Assembly (NCBI GenBank): GCA_004211905.1
Contig: SHBP01000001.1
Location: 317,589 to 381,588 of the forward strand
From: SAR92 clade bacterium
GTDB taxonomy: Bacteria > Pseudomonadota > Gammaproteobacteria > Pseudomonadales > Porticoccaceae
DNA length: 64,000 bases
Direction of reading: 5' to 3'
The notes beneath the pieces were generated by a model. That model made no database searches, was not told the origin of the DNA, and worked only from the letters and a program-made list of their open reading frames with translations. Below, one piece after another: positions 18,031-27,130 of the stretch (position 1 is its first letter; each line of letters opens with the position of its first letter). The position numbers and the translations under genes are program-made.

Positions 18031-19095
18031 CTAATTTTGCTCCTCAGCAAGTGCGCTACTTAACAATATTCGGTCTTCGCTCAACCGTTGATAACGAACA
18101 TTAAAATTCCGCTGTAACGTTGCCAGCAAGCCTTCCACATCCCCAGCTTTAAAGAGACCTGCTACGCGCACTTTTTTAAGCTGCTCATCCTCAATCTCAA
18201 ACTGCACAGGGGTATAACGCTCTATCTCATTAATTGCCTGATCCAGCGACTCCCCACGAAATACCAGATTTCCGCCACGCCAGGATAGCTTGACTTTAAT
18301 CTCTTCCGGCTTAATTGACTCAATTGACTGTTCAGTGCTACCAATCACTACCTGCTCTCCAACCTCCAGCGCCATGTCAGCGGTTTCGACAGCCAGTACA
18401 GGCACTACAGGGTTGGCCAGCTGCTCCGCGTCTATCACCGCGACAATGACTTTGCCCTCGGTAACAAGCAGCTCTATCTTTTTATCTTCAGTAATTTCCA
18501 GATTAAAGGCGGTCCCAACAGCCTGAACCATCTTGTCGCCAATATAGACATTAAACGGGCGCTCTTTATCGTGCTCCACCTGAAAATGCACTTCACCGCG
18601 CTCCAAAAACAGGGCACGTTGTTGTTCGGTAAAGTGGGTACGAATAGCACTGTTGGTATTGAGGGTAATAGTTGAGCCGTCAGTCAATACCACAGTGGAT
18701 TGCTCGCCAGTATTGGTTTCAAAGTACTGCTCTCGTTGCTGGGCAACAGCAGGCGACTCTTCAGCCATAAAGTTAAAGTCACCAACACTCATTACGCCCA
18801 CCAATAAAGCGATCAGAAATGAGGCAGCAACGGCAACCGGAGCACGCATGCTTCTCTCTTTATTCTGAATCGGCCGGGGAAACAAGTCGGTCAGTCGCGA
18901 TAGAGACTCCATTTTGTCCCACAGCTTAGCCATCTGAATAAAGGTCTCCCGATGGGCAGCACTTTCTCCCAGCCAGGCTTTCAGTTCGCGCTCTTCCACA
19001 ACGGTCAGGTCGCGATCCAATTTAGCCAGCCATTCACTGGCTTGATCCAGAAGATCGTCCCGCTTGGAAAAATTCAGTAAATTACTCATAATCAC
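18031..19095 (-). CDS. FecR-family anti-sigma/sensor
   Basis: QASEWLAKL, L..WL.ES.AH, TM segment, T..GEQ.T..L.DGS.I.LNT, GE.HF.V.HD..RPF.V, VGTAF, WRGG.L.F. Confidence 0.9.
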   Translation of the reverse strand: MIMSNLLNFSKRDDLLDQASEWLAKLDRDLTVVEERELKAWLGESAAHRETFIQMAKLWDKMESLSRLTDLFPRPIQNKERSMRAPVAVAASFLIALLVGVMSVGDFNFMAEESPAVAQQREQYFETNTGEQSTVVLTDGSTITLNTNSAIRTHFTEQQRALFLERGEVHFQVEHDKERPFNVYIGDKMVQAVGTAFNLEITEDKKIELLVTEGKVIVAVIDAEQLANPVVPVLAVETADMALEVGEQVVIGSTEQSIESIKPEEIKVKLSWRGGNLVFRGESLDQAINEIERYTPVQFEIEDEQLKKVRVAGLFKAGDVEGLLATLQRNFNVRYQRLSEDRILLSSALAEEQN

Positions 19096-19633
19096 CTACT
19101 TGGCCGAAGCCAGATGCCTTTTTAACTGGCGCCCTCTTTTGCAATAACAGCTCTGCACACAACCGCATTCCGCGCGCCACATGCTTCTGAACGGTACTTT
19201 CACTTAAATCCAATTCTTTGGCTATCTCGCGCTGGGAGTAGCCATACACCTTTTTCAACACAAACACCTTTCTACACTGCATCGGTAACTGGCGTACCAC
19301 CTCACAAAATTGTCCGAACTCCTGATCGGACACTGCCCGCTTTAATGGACCGTCCGCCAGACTGGCCTCCAGGCCAATCTCTTCGTCGTCAGCCAGGGAA
19401 TCCGCAAGGCGTACTTCTGCCCGCTTAACATGATCCAGCGCCAGATTGCGCGCAATCTTCACCATCAGGGCTCTTGGCTCGCGGATCTCAGCTTGGGTCT
19501 TGTATTGGCAGACCCGAACATAGGTCTCCTGGACGATATCTTCAATCTCATGAGGTGGCACAATGCGGGACACAACCCACGCGAGCTGTGTCCTGCAGAG
19601 CATATAAATATCGTTAATTACTTCTTTAGTCAC
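19082..19633 (-). CDS. FecI-like ECF sigma factor
   Basis: EDIVQETYVR, IARNLALD, VFVLKKVYGYSQREIAKELDLSESTVQKH; overlaps the fecR-like start. Confidence 0.9.
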   Translation of the reverse strand: MTKEVINDIYMLCRTQLAWVVSRIVPPHEIEDIVQETYVRVCQYKTQAEIREPRALMVKIARNLALDHVKRAEVRLADSLADDEEIGLEASLADGPLKRAVSDQEFGQFCEVVRQLPMQCRKVFVLKKVYGYSQREIAKELDLSESTVQKHVARGMRLCAELLLQKRAPVKKASGFGQVGDYE

Positions 19634-19700
19634 TACTTAATCGTCTTTTTTTTGGCTTCAACAGTATAATGACGCTTCAGCCTAATTTTTCCGCCACCTG

Positions 19701-19907
19701 TCATCCAATAATTTTTTTCAGCTCCTCTAAATGACGCTTGAAAGATTTTCTTCCCTCAGAGGTTAAGGATACCCAGGTCCGCTGGCGGGTAAATTCTGTC
19801 TTTTTAATCAGTTGCACATAGCTTGCATCTTCCAATACCTTTAAATGCTTTGAAAGCACTGAATCACTTACTTCAAGTTGTTCTTTAATAATCTGAAACT
19901 CCAGTTC
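19701..19907 (-). pseudogene. Winged-helix regulator remnant (5'-truncated, frameshifted)
   Basis: ELEFQIIKEQLEVSDSVLSKHLKVLEDASYVQLIKK...RTWVSLTSEGRK, then a frameshift near 19745 into FKRHLEELKKIIG*; no N-terminus. Confidence 0.7.
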
Positions 19908-19962
19908 CTATTAAGCATAAACCTGAAATTTTGAGAATATTAATTTTATTTTTATCAATCAT
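19885..19962 (-). pseudogene. 25-codon N-terminal stub starting 11 nt after att copy 1
   Basis: MIDKNKINILKISGLCLIGTGVSDY*; runs out of frame into the winged-helix remnant. Confidence 0.35.
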
Positions 19963-19973
19963 TTTCTTTCTAT

Positions 19974-20063
19974 TTATTCCCACTCAATAGTTGCAGATTT
20001 ACAGAGCCCTATAAACGAAGGGCTACAAGCACGAAAATAAAAGCGTGTAACTTTCGTGTAACT
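19974..20063 (-). repeat. guaA-3'-end-like attachment site, copy 1
   Basis: Minus strand TCT GCA ACT ATT GAG TGG GAA TAA (SATIEWE*); AGCCCT-ATAAACGA-AGGGCT palindrome; CGTGTAACT twice (20044, 20055). Confidence 0.8.
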
Positions 20064-20196
20064 CTTACCTTCTATTTTTGTTCTGCCCATTAAACCAATT
20101 CCTTTGTTTTATCAGTTATTTAACGCATTATAACTTACAAACATTGTAACATTCCTTAAAGAACTAATTAAATGCTTAATAATAATTAATTTATGT

Positions 20197-20230
20197 TAAA
20201 CATAAATATTTAGTTGCTAAACATAAATAT
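20197..20230 (+). promoter_or_regulatory. 13-bp direct repeat, candidate autoregulatory operator
   Basis: TAAACATAAATAT at 20197 and 20218 (21-bp period) just upstream of the HTH gene. Confidence 0.5.
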
Positions 20231-20242
20231 ATCGATTAGGAT

Positions 20243-20470
20243 ATGCTCATGGAAATTTGTATCACTTTAGATGTAGAAATGGCGAAAAAGAAGATATCTC
20301 TGAAAGAGCTGTCTGAAAAAATTGGAATTTCTATAACCAACTTGTCGCTACTAAAGACAGGCAAGGTTAAGGCTATTCGCTTTAGCACTCTGATGGCTAT
20401 ATGCCGTGAGCTTGATTGTCAGCCTGGCGATATTCTTGTTTACGTAAGTGATAATTCAGAAATAAGTTAA
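20243..20470 (+). CDS. XRE/Cro-like (YozG-type) HTH regulator
   Basis: LDVEMAKKKISLKELSEKIGISITNLSLLKTGKVKAIRFSTL.AIC..LDCQPGDIL. Confidence 0.9.
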   Translation: MLMEICITLDVEMAKKKISLKELSEKIGISITNLSLLKTGKVKAIRFSTLMAICRELDCQPGDILVYVSDNSEIS

Positions 20471-20522
20471 TGACATTTCATGATGAAGTGTAATTTAGAC
20501 AATTAAACTAGGAGGTTTAATT

Positions 20523-21131
20523 ATGCAGAATAAAGATTATTTATTACCCGGTGTTGCCGCAATATTCGTGGCGGTGATATCTCCTATCTACTGGCTTGGG
20601 ATGGCTGCATCTGTGGGCGATTCCGATGTGTTATGGCAAGACATGATGTCTTTGGGGTTTTCCGATATTCTGTTTGCTTCTATTCTTCTATTAACCATAT
20701 ATATCTATCTCAATCTAAAAAATATTCTCAATGAACAATTGAACTTTAATCATATTGATTTGTTGGTTTGGATTTATGCTGCTATCAATATCCTTTGGGT
20801 GAGCACCCTACTCCTTGATGTAGCTAGCGCTGTACTACCAGAAAATATCGTATCGCAGAACGAGGGCACCTTTTTAAATATCGGATTATCAATAGGCGTC
20901 GGTGCAATTGTCATATTAGGTATCATAGATTTGTTAATAGGTATTTTACTTCTAGCGAAATCAACTGAACTTCCTACCCTACTAAAGATTTTTGCCATTA
21001 TGTCAGTGATACAGGGCGTACTAGGTATAACAGTAGTTTTTGCGGCAACGTTAATCTTCATCTTCCCGATAACTATGATTATTTTGGCTATGTTTTTTCT
21101 ACGTAAACCAGAGTCTTTAGAACTCGTTTAA
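20523..21131 (+). CDS. Multi-pass membrane protein of unknown function
   Basis: 202 aa, about 6 hydrophobic segments, AGGAGG RBS, AT-rich. Confidence 0.7.
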   Translation: MQNKDYLLPGVAAIFVAVISPIYWLGMAASVGDSDVLWQDMMSLGFSDILFASILLLTIYIYLNLKNILNEQLNFNHIDLLVWIYAAINILWVSTLLLDVASAVLPENIVSQNEGTFLNIGLSIGVGAIVILGIIDLLIGILLLAKSTELPTLLKIFAIMSVIQGVLGITVVFAATLIFIFPITMIILAMFFLRKPESLELV

Positions 21132-21140
21132 ATTGTATTG

Positions 21141-21158
21141 CCAGCAACTATTGAGCGG
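21141..21158 (+). repeat. Inverted partial att-like core
   Basis: CCAGCAACTATTGAGCGG (CCA GCA ACT ATT GAG = PATIE); 12 bp identical to copy 1 but opposite orientation; TGTAAC repeats follow at ~21240-21295. Confidence 0.45.
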
Positions 21159-21353
21159 CATATGTTTCTATATTGGAAAGTAACAGATTCACTTTTGTGG
21201 ATTATACGCTAGTTATGAATCGTAATAGTCGAGTTTGTTTGTAACAAAGCTTGTAACCGCAAAGAAGGAATGGCCTCTAAAGAGGTGATTGTAACTGACA
21301 TGGCCTTTTACTAAACTTCACCCCTCTCTTTTCAATAGCCATGTCAACACATT

Positions 21354-21388
21354 AAAAAAACCCCACAAATTGCTTTATGGGGGTTTTT
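21354..21388. terminator. Bidirectional intrinsic terminator
   Basis: AAAAAAACCCCA...TGGGGGTTTTT between convergent genes. Confidence 0.65.
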
Positions 21389-21428
21389 ATGGGCCTGGCA
21401 CGGCCGTTTGTTGACTGCGAGGGCGCGA

Positions 21429-22616
21429 CTAGAGGCCTAAAAGAGCTTCAAAATTCTTTGAATAGAAACTGTCCAACTCCTCTGATGTCGCCTGCACGGC
21501 ATCAAGACTGCGTTCGAAGGCGCCGAACGGATCTTTGCCGCCCTCTGGATGTGGGTAATCTGTATTAAACATCAACATGTCCTTGCCAACATTACGCATA
21601 ACCCAGCCGGCATCCTCAAAATGCAGTGGCGTGGCTTTCACCTGGCGTTGCATATATTCAGAGGGCTTGAGTGATAGTTTTCTTAAGCCCAGATCAAATC
21701 TGCCTAATTCAGCTGCACCGATATCTAGATTTGACATACAAGCTGGCAACCAATTTGAGCCTAATTCAACTAAACCGATTTTAAGTTTAGGAAAGCGCTC
21801 AAGCACACCATCATAGATCATGCAGGCCAACCAACGCTCAATCGAATGGTGTAAAACCGGCAGATCTTTGGGCGAAGTGGTTTCAATATTCATTGACTCG
21901 GGAGCCAATTCTCGCTTTACACCAGTGTTGCGATAGTCATCGATCAATTTCGCGCCACTGCCAATATGCAAGGTAATTGGCACACCTGCTTCTTGTAACA
22001 CGGCCCAAATCGGGTCATATGCAATATGTGATGGTGCGCGACCATCCACTGCATCTGATGTCATCCAGAAGGCTTTAATACCTATCTTGATAGCTTTTTT
22101 AGCCTCCTGTAGAGCCTTGACTGGATCTCTTAACGACAGATATCCCACCGCTTGTAGTCGATCGCTATCGCTGGAGCAAAAATCGACCATAGCTCTATTC
22201 ATGGCATCACAACCACCCCATACGACCTTTTCGTCGTTAGATCGGGCAAAACGGGAAACAAACACCAAACCTGGGAATACCAGCTGCTTGTTAATTCCGG
22301 CGATATCCAATGCATCAGTGCGTTCGATATTATTCACCGCACCATAGGCGCCGATAATATTGCGCTTGCCTTCACTACCAAAAATATCTGATTTCAGATG
22401 CTCTGTCATGGCAGGGTCATTACCAGCGAGGCGGTTATGGGCCTGATCCACCAGCGGCTTGAGCTGTGGAACCTTTTCAACTCTGAAAAACGGCTCGTCT
22501 AAATTAGCCCTGACGTACTCCGACGCATAGCCTTCGATCCAACCGTCATACTCGGAAATATGGCTATCTGCGTCGTGAATTGTACGATTTACTTGATGTG
22601 CGCTTTGTTGATTCAT
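21429..22616 (-). CDS. Amidohydrolase_2-family metallohydrolase
   Basis: IHDADSH, LHIGSG, GVLERFPKLKIG..ELG, FNTDYPHPEG. Confidence 0.9.
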   Translation of the reverse strand: MNQQSAHQVNRTIHDADSHISEYDGWIEGYASEYVRANLDEPFFRVEKVPQLKPLVDQAHNRLAGNDPAMTEHLKSDIFGSEGKRNIIGAYGAVNNIERTDALDIAGINKQLVFPGLVFVSRFARSNDEKVVWGGCDAMNRAMVDFCSSDSDRLQAVGYLSLRDPVKALQEAKKAIKIGIKAFWMTSDAVDGRAPSHIAYDPIWAVLQEAGVPITLHIGSGAKLIDDYRNTGVKRELAPESMNIETTSPKDLPVLHHSIERWLACMIYDGVLERFPKLKIGLVELGSNWLPACMSNLDIGAAELGRFDLGLRKLSLKPSEYMQRQVKATPLHFEDAGWVMRNVGKDMLMFNTDYPHPEGGKDPFGAFERSLDAVQATSEELDSFYSKNFEALLGL

Positions 22617-22741
22617 TGGTGACTCCTCTTATATATATTTTTACAGGCTTTGGTGCACTGCTTACATCATAGTTACAGTAACACTATAATATATTACACC
22701 TTTATTACATAGTTTATATAATAAAATTTTAAACCTAGAAA

Positions 22742-24088
22742 TTAGTCCGTCAATGTGTCATAAACAAACTGTTGAGAAGTTTTTCTAAAGTCCGGATTTA
22801 CCGCTGGTGGTGGCTTTGGAAACTGCTGCACCATGCCAATAAAAAACAGATCATTCTTTGGGTCAATCCAAAACCAGGTGGACGCTGCCCCACCCCAAAA
22901 ATAAGAACCATCGCCATAACCTGATATCTCAGATGCCTCGCCCATGATGATGCCAAAGTTCAATCCAAAGCCAACTCTCTGACTGGTTGTGCCATTTAAA
23001 TTTCCAGTGGAATCGATTGTTTGCGAATCTGTCAGCACATTTTTAGCCATTAGATCTATACTTTTTTTGCTTAGAATTCGCACACCATCAAGTTGCCCGC
23101 CATTGAGCATCATTTGGCAAAAGCGAGCATAATCAGCCATGGTCGACACTAGGCCTCCGCCCCCTGACTCCATGCCCCGAGTCTCTTTGCGATAGGAGAT
23201 ATCCCCCAAAATATTAAACGCCGGATCTGCAAATGGCAGTGCTTGAAAGTTTTTTGTAACTGGATGGTAGCCAAACACATCCGCAAGTCGCTCGGCTTTC
23301 TCTGCTGGGACATAGAATGCCGTATCGACCATACCCAATGGCTTAAATATTTTTGACTGAAAAAAATCACCCAAGCTCATCCCGGAAATACGCTCAACGA
23401 TTGCGCCCTGCAAGTCTACTGACACCGAGTAAGCCCAGGCCGTTCCTGGTTGATGCATGAGCGGAATCGTGGCCACTGTATCGACCAGCGATTGTAAATC
23501 TGGTGAGGCTAAGACCGCTTTTTTTCTGAACTGCATATTGCTTGGATCAGCACCGCTAATGCCATAGCCAAACCCAGCAGTATGACTCATAAGTTCGCGG
23601 ATGGTTGGCTGACGTTGCAGGGGCTCTAACTCTACATTGCCTTCGAGGTCATAGCTCTTGACCACCTTTAGGTTCTCGAACTCAGGAATAAATTTAGACA
23701 CCGGATCATCCAAAGAAAATGCACCCTGTTCATGCAATATCATCATTGCGACACCGGTTATCGGCTTGCTCATAGAGTAAATACGATACATGCTATCCTG
23801 AGTAATAGGCTCTCCATTAAGCAGGTCACGAACACCGGCCTGTGTATAACTGGCAACTTTGCCATCACGCACTAAAAGTGTGGCAATACCCATGCTGTCA
23901 CCTTCGACCACAAATTGGCGCATGCGCGACTCAAGAGCGGCTATTTTTTCAACATCTACACCTGTCACTGCGGGGTTAGAGGTTAAATCTGGGAAGGCGG
24001 AACCGGTAATTTTTGTGCAGGCACTAAGGTTTACCACCAGCAATCCAGTTAATGTGGCAGTCTTGAGTCGGGTTAATCTATCTCTCAT
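22742..24088 (-). CDS. Serine hydrolase (beta-lactamase class C fold), predicted lipoprotein
   Basis: LSAC lipobox, YSMSK (SxxK), LMSHTAGF, PG..W.YS, GGGL.ST..DY.RF. Confidence 0.9.
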   Translation of the reverse strand: MRDRLTRLKTATLTGLLVVNLSACTKITGSAFPDLTSNPAVTGVDVEKIAALESRMRQFVVEGDSMGIATLLVRDGKVASYTQAGVRDLLNGEPITQDSMYRIYSMSKPITGVAMMILHEQGAFSLDDPVSKFIPEFENLKVVKSYDLEGNVELEPLQRQPTIRELMSHTAGFGYGISGADPSNMQFRKKAVLASPDLQSLVDTVATIPLMHQPGTAWAYSVSVDLQGAIVERISGMSLGDFFQSKIFKPLGMVDTAFYVPAEKAERLADVFGYHPVTKNFQALPFADPAFNILGDISYRKETRGMESGGGGLVSTMADYARFCQMMLNGGQLDGVRILSKKSIDLMAKNVLTDSQTIDSTGNLNGTTSQRVGFGLNFGIIMGEASEISGYGDGSYFWGGAASTWFWIDPKNDLFFIGMVQQFPKPPPAVNPDFRKTSQQFVYDTLTD

Positions 24089-24156
24089 TATTGTTCTCTC
24101 TATCGTTATCGTTAATTTCTAGTTTGTACTCTAGTGGCGTTGACTACACAGTCATC

Positions 24157-26010
24157 TTATGGGGCGTACCAAATCGGTGAGGAATATGCGCGCTCCTGGA
24201 TTACCGCAGGACCTCGGTCAGGCTTAACCATGCCCAGTGCCAGCGCGTCAGCCAATGCGTGTCTTGGAGTTGGGATTTCAATAACTCGAACATAATAAAA
24301 TGCTGAAAGTTCGGGCTTAAAATCAGGATCTCGCCAAACCGTCGAAAGAAGTGGAGCACCTATAGAATTTGTATAGGTAGCCGTTTCCAAATTAACCGTG
24401 TTGCCTATGGCCGCTAGTTTTTTACCCGCACCCAAACGATCTTCTCCAGCCCAGACTACGTCATAGACCCTCTCAAACGACTGGCCTTGCGAATCAACCC
24501 AGCCTTTGATCACCTGTACCCGGTCAAGGTTAGCGCCTTTCGAATCACTGCCTGCGTGAATCAAAAAGCTAGGCGATTTGGCCCCTTTACGCTCAGGTAG
24601 ATCGCCCCCCATTGGCACACCCTTAGCATAGCCATTTCTCGGGTAGCGTTTATGACTGAGGTCTCGCTTGTTGAAATCCCAGCCGCCAAACACCCGCAAA
24701 AAGATACGCGGTCCACTGGTGGCATAAACCTCACGGCGCTTAAATGCCTGCATGATTGAGGTGCGATCATTGTAATCTGCCCAGACTGCCGCCAACCCCT
24801 GAGCTGCCATCGCCCAGCCACTTGTCGCATCAGGGCGATCAGGATTTATTAACTTTCTCTCTGGTGTACCATCCCTTGCCATCTTACCGTGAAAATTTTG
24901 CTCCTCTGCTGAAGCCATGCCTGTGTGTGCGTCTGTAGAACCAATCATGCCAAGCTTGTAGGGGTTGGTACCTAGCGCTTGCTCCAACTTGAGACCGCGT
25001 CGCAACCCACTGCGCAAGTAATCCCCTTGAAGCGCGTTATAGCCCTCGTTTTTAGCCTGAATGTGATAGGCGTAGGTTTCAAAATCGGCAAACTCATCAT
25101 TCGGTGACAAGCTAGAAATAGTCTCGCTATCGCCTTTGATTTGGGTGACTTCAGCTACTGGCTCCCATTTGGCTCGAAGTCTGGCATATTCCGCATCAAC
25201 CGGTACGTCCTTGATAGTAGTCTCGGGAAACATATAGCCTTTTGAAATATTGGAATTGTGCGGTATAGCAATGAACTCAGCATTGGTGGTTTTACTAACA
25301 TCTTCTAACCAATTCCACAGATCCTGTGGATAAGCGCTATCGCCCGTATCGAAGGGACGAAAGGTTTTAGCAGTTTGGGCATCAGCATCGGTAAAAACCA
25401 CGCGATGCAAATTTGCACCACCGGGGATCGGACTCCATTCCCACCCAATCATGGCGGTAAACTTTCCGGGCACGTTGTGCTTGTCGGCAAGATCCGCGGC
25501 CTCTTCCCATGCGGTACGTGCCATAAGTCGCGAATTGGGGATCGCCTCCTGATAGAGTTCCGTGGTTTTAGCTGAATTAACTGGGTCGCCATCGTATAGT
25601 TTGGCGATTCTCATCATCACCCTGTAAAAGGTATTGCTGTCGATAGATTCACGAATCAGCTTTTCCATGCTGTCTTTTTGCTTCAATTCTTCGCTATTAA
25701 GACCGTCTTCAGGAATACCCGAGTTATAAACAGTACGCATTACCCCTAAAAATTCTGCATGATCAGCAATGACTAAAAAGTCCAGCTTCTCTTGAATGCG
25801 GATTCTTGCTCTATGATAAGGGTGCACCACTGGCAGGCCCTTTGCGTAGCGATAAGCTGTGTCAACATCAGCCGATTGGTTGCCGCGAGGAAAGGCATCA
25901 AACGAATTTGATGTATGCACATGAGTATCACCCCATAAAAGCTCTCTAGCATGACTCATGACTGGTGCGCACAATAATCCGATCATCACCATTTGTAAGA
26001 GCGTCTTCAT
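24157..26010 (-). CDS. DUF3604 family protein (secreted, PHP-like)
   Basis: WGDTHVHTSNSFDA, LDFLVIADHAE, EWS..PGGANLHRVV, AIPHNSN.SKG.MF, E..QIKGDSE, IQERAYSSPIWY. Confidence 0.85.
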   Translation of the reverse strand: MKTLLQMVMIGLLCAPVMSHARELLWGDTHVHTSNSFDAFPRGNQSADVDTAYRYAKGLPVVHPYHRARIRIQEKLDFLVIADHAEFLGVMRTVYNSGIPEDGLNSEELKQKDSMEKLIRESIDSNTFYRVMMRIAKLYDGDPVNSAKTTELYQEAIPNSRLMARTAWEEAADLADKHNVPGKFTAMIGWEWSPIPGGANLHRVVFTDADAQTAKTFRPFDTGDSAYPQDLWNWLEDVSKTTNAEFIAIPHNSNISKGYMFPETTIKDVPVDAEYARLRAKWEPVAEVTQIKGDSETISSLSPNDEFADFETYAYHIQAKNEGYNALQGDYLRSGLRRGLKLEQALGTNPYKLGMIGSTDAHTGMASAEEQNFHGKMARDGTPERKLINPDRPDATSGWAMAAQGLAAVWADYNDRTSIMQAFKRREVYATSGPRIFLRVFGGWDFNKRDLSHKRYPRNGYAKGVPMGGDLPERKGAKSPSFLIHAGSDSKGANLDRVQVIKGWVDSQGQSFERVYDVVWAGEDRLGAGKKLAAIGNTVNLETATYTNSIGAPLLSTVWRDPDFKPELSAFYYVRVIEIPTPRHALADALALGMVKPDRGPAVIQERAYSSPIWYAP

Positions 26011-27039
26011 TTATAGACCCCCTCTTTTATCGTAGGCTTTGACTGAAAACGGGCCATCTAAATCCACAGGCTGACGCAAGGAAAAAATATTGCCATCAAC
26101 ATCGCGAGCATAGGCCTGAATAAAGCGGCCTAACTTGACCGGCGGACTAAAAAACTCAACTCCGAGCGCTTGGACTCGTTGATATTCCGCTTCGATATCA
26201 CTTACCTCCAGAGAAAATGAATAGCCTAGAGATGTTGGTTCTCGCTCTATCGTACTCTGCGGCGTGGGCGGATCTATAAACTGTAAAATTTCCATGACTT
26301 TGGACTGACGATTAAGTCTGAACCAGCCAATTTGTACCTTGGCATTATCAATATCAAACAGGTTGTCACCAAACTCACCTACCGGCACCTCGACTATTCT
26401 GTGGGGGTTGGTCTGAAAAACCTTTTGATAAAACTGCATCAGTCGATCCCTGTCAGGGGTGAACAGCGATACCTGAGACATCCAAATTGGCTTGTTATCC
26501 TTATCCCAATTGTCCAGATACCCCGCATGTTTCAACAATTGTTCGCCATCTAGCTCCTCCATTTCTAGAAGATTGCCCTCTGGATCATAGGCATAGACAT
26601 AGCTCACTCCATAGGTAGGGGAATACACAGGTTTGTCATGCCGATTCAAGAATCTGGCACCTTGGGCAGCAAACTTATCAAATAATGGCTGATCTTTAGG
26701 CGATTGATAACAGGTGTGTGACATGCCTGGCCCAATAACGGGCATATCAGTCAGAGTGACTGAGTCATTATGGGCAAATTCACTGAGCTCCAGAACCCAA
26801 TTCGGTGCTCGCAAAATCGCTGTCCGTACCTTTACATTGTCGCGAGCAAAGAGAATGTCGGCCGATGTATCATTTTCAAAGGATTCCTTATGGATCACCT
26901 CAAAACCAGTCGCTGCACTATAAAACTCCAATACCCTGTCAAGGTTTTGTACAGACAGACCAATGTGGTTCACTCCCTCAATATCTGTGGTGGAATCAAC
27001 CAGTACAGCATTGGGATCAAAGTCAAAATCTATAGTCAT
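26011..27039 (-). CDS. Double VOC/glyoxalase-domain protein
   Basis: NHIGLSVQNLDR..EFY, G.SHTC, YAYDPEGNLLE, YARDVDGNIFSLRQ. Confidence 0.8.
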   Translation of the reverse strand: MTIDFDFDPNAVLVDSTTDIEGVNHIGLSVQNLDRVLEFYSAATGFEVIHKESFENDTSADILFARDNVKVRTAILRAPNWVLELSEFAHNDSVTLTDMPVIGPGMSHTCYQSPKDQPLFDKFAAQGARFLNRHDKPVYSPTYGVSYVYAYDPEGNLLEMEELDGEQLLKHAGYLDNWDKDNKPIWMSQVSLFTPDRDRLMQFYQKVFQTNPHRIVEVPVGEFGDNLFDIDNAKVQIGWFRLNRQSKVMEILQFIDPPTPQSTIEREPTSLGYSFSLEVSDIEAEYQRVQALGVEFFSPPVKLGRFIQAYARDVDGNIFSLRQPVDLDGPFSVKAYDKRGGL

Positions 27040-27130
27040 TTCATAAGCCTCTTCTTTTTTGTAATTGTTAAAACGTCAATGACTGGATTTTTGCTGATTG
27101 CCGCCTGCGTCTGCTCATGGCAGTAGTCAA

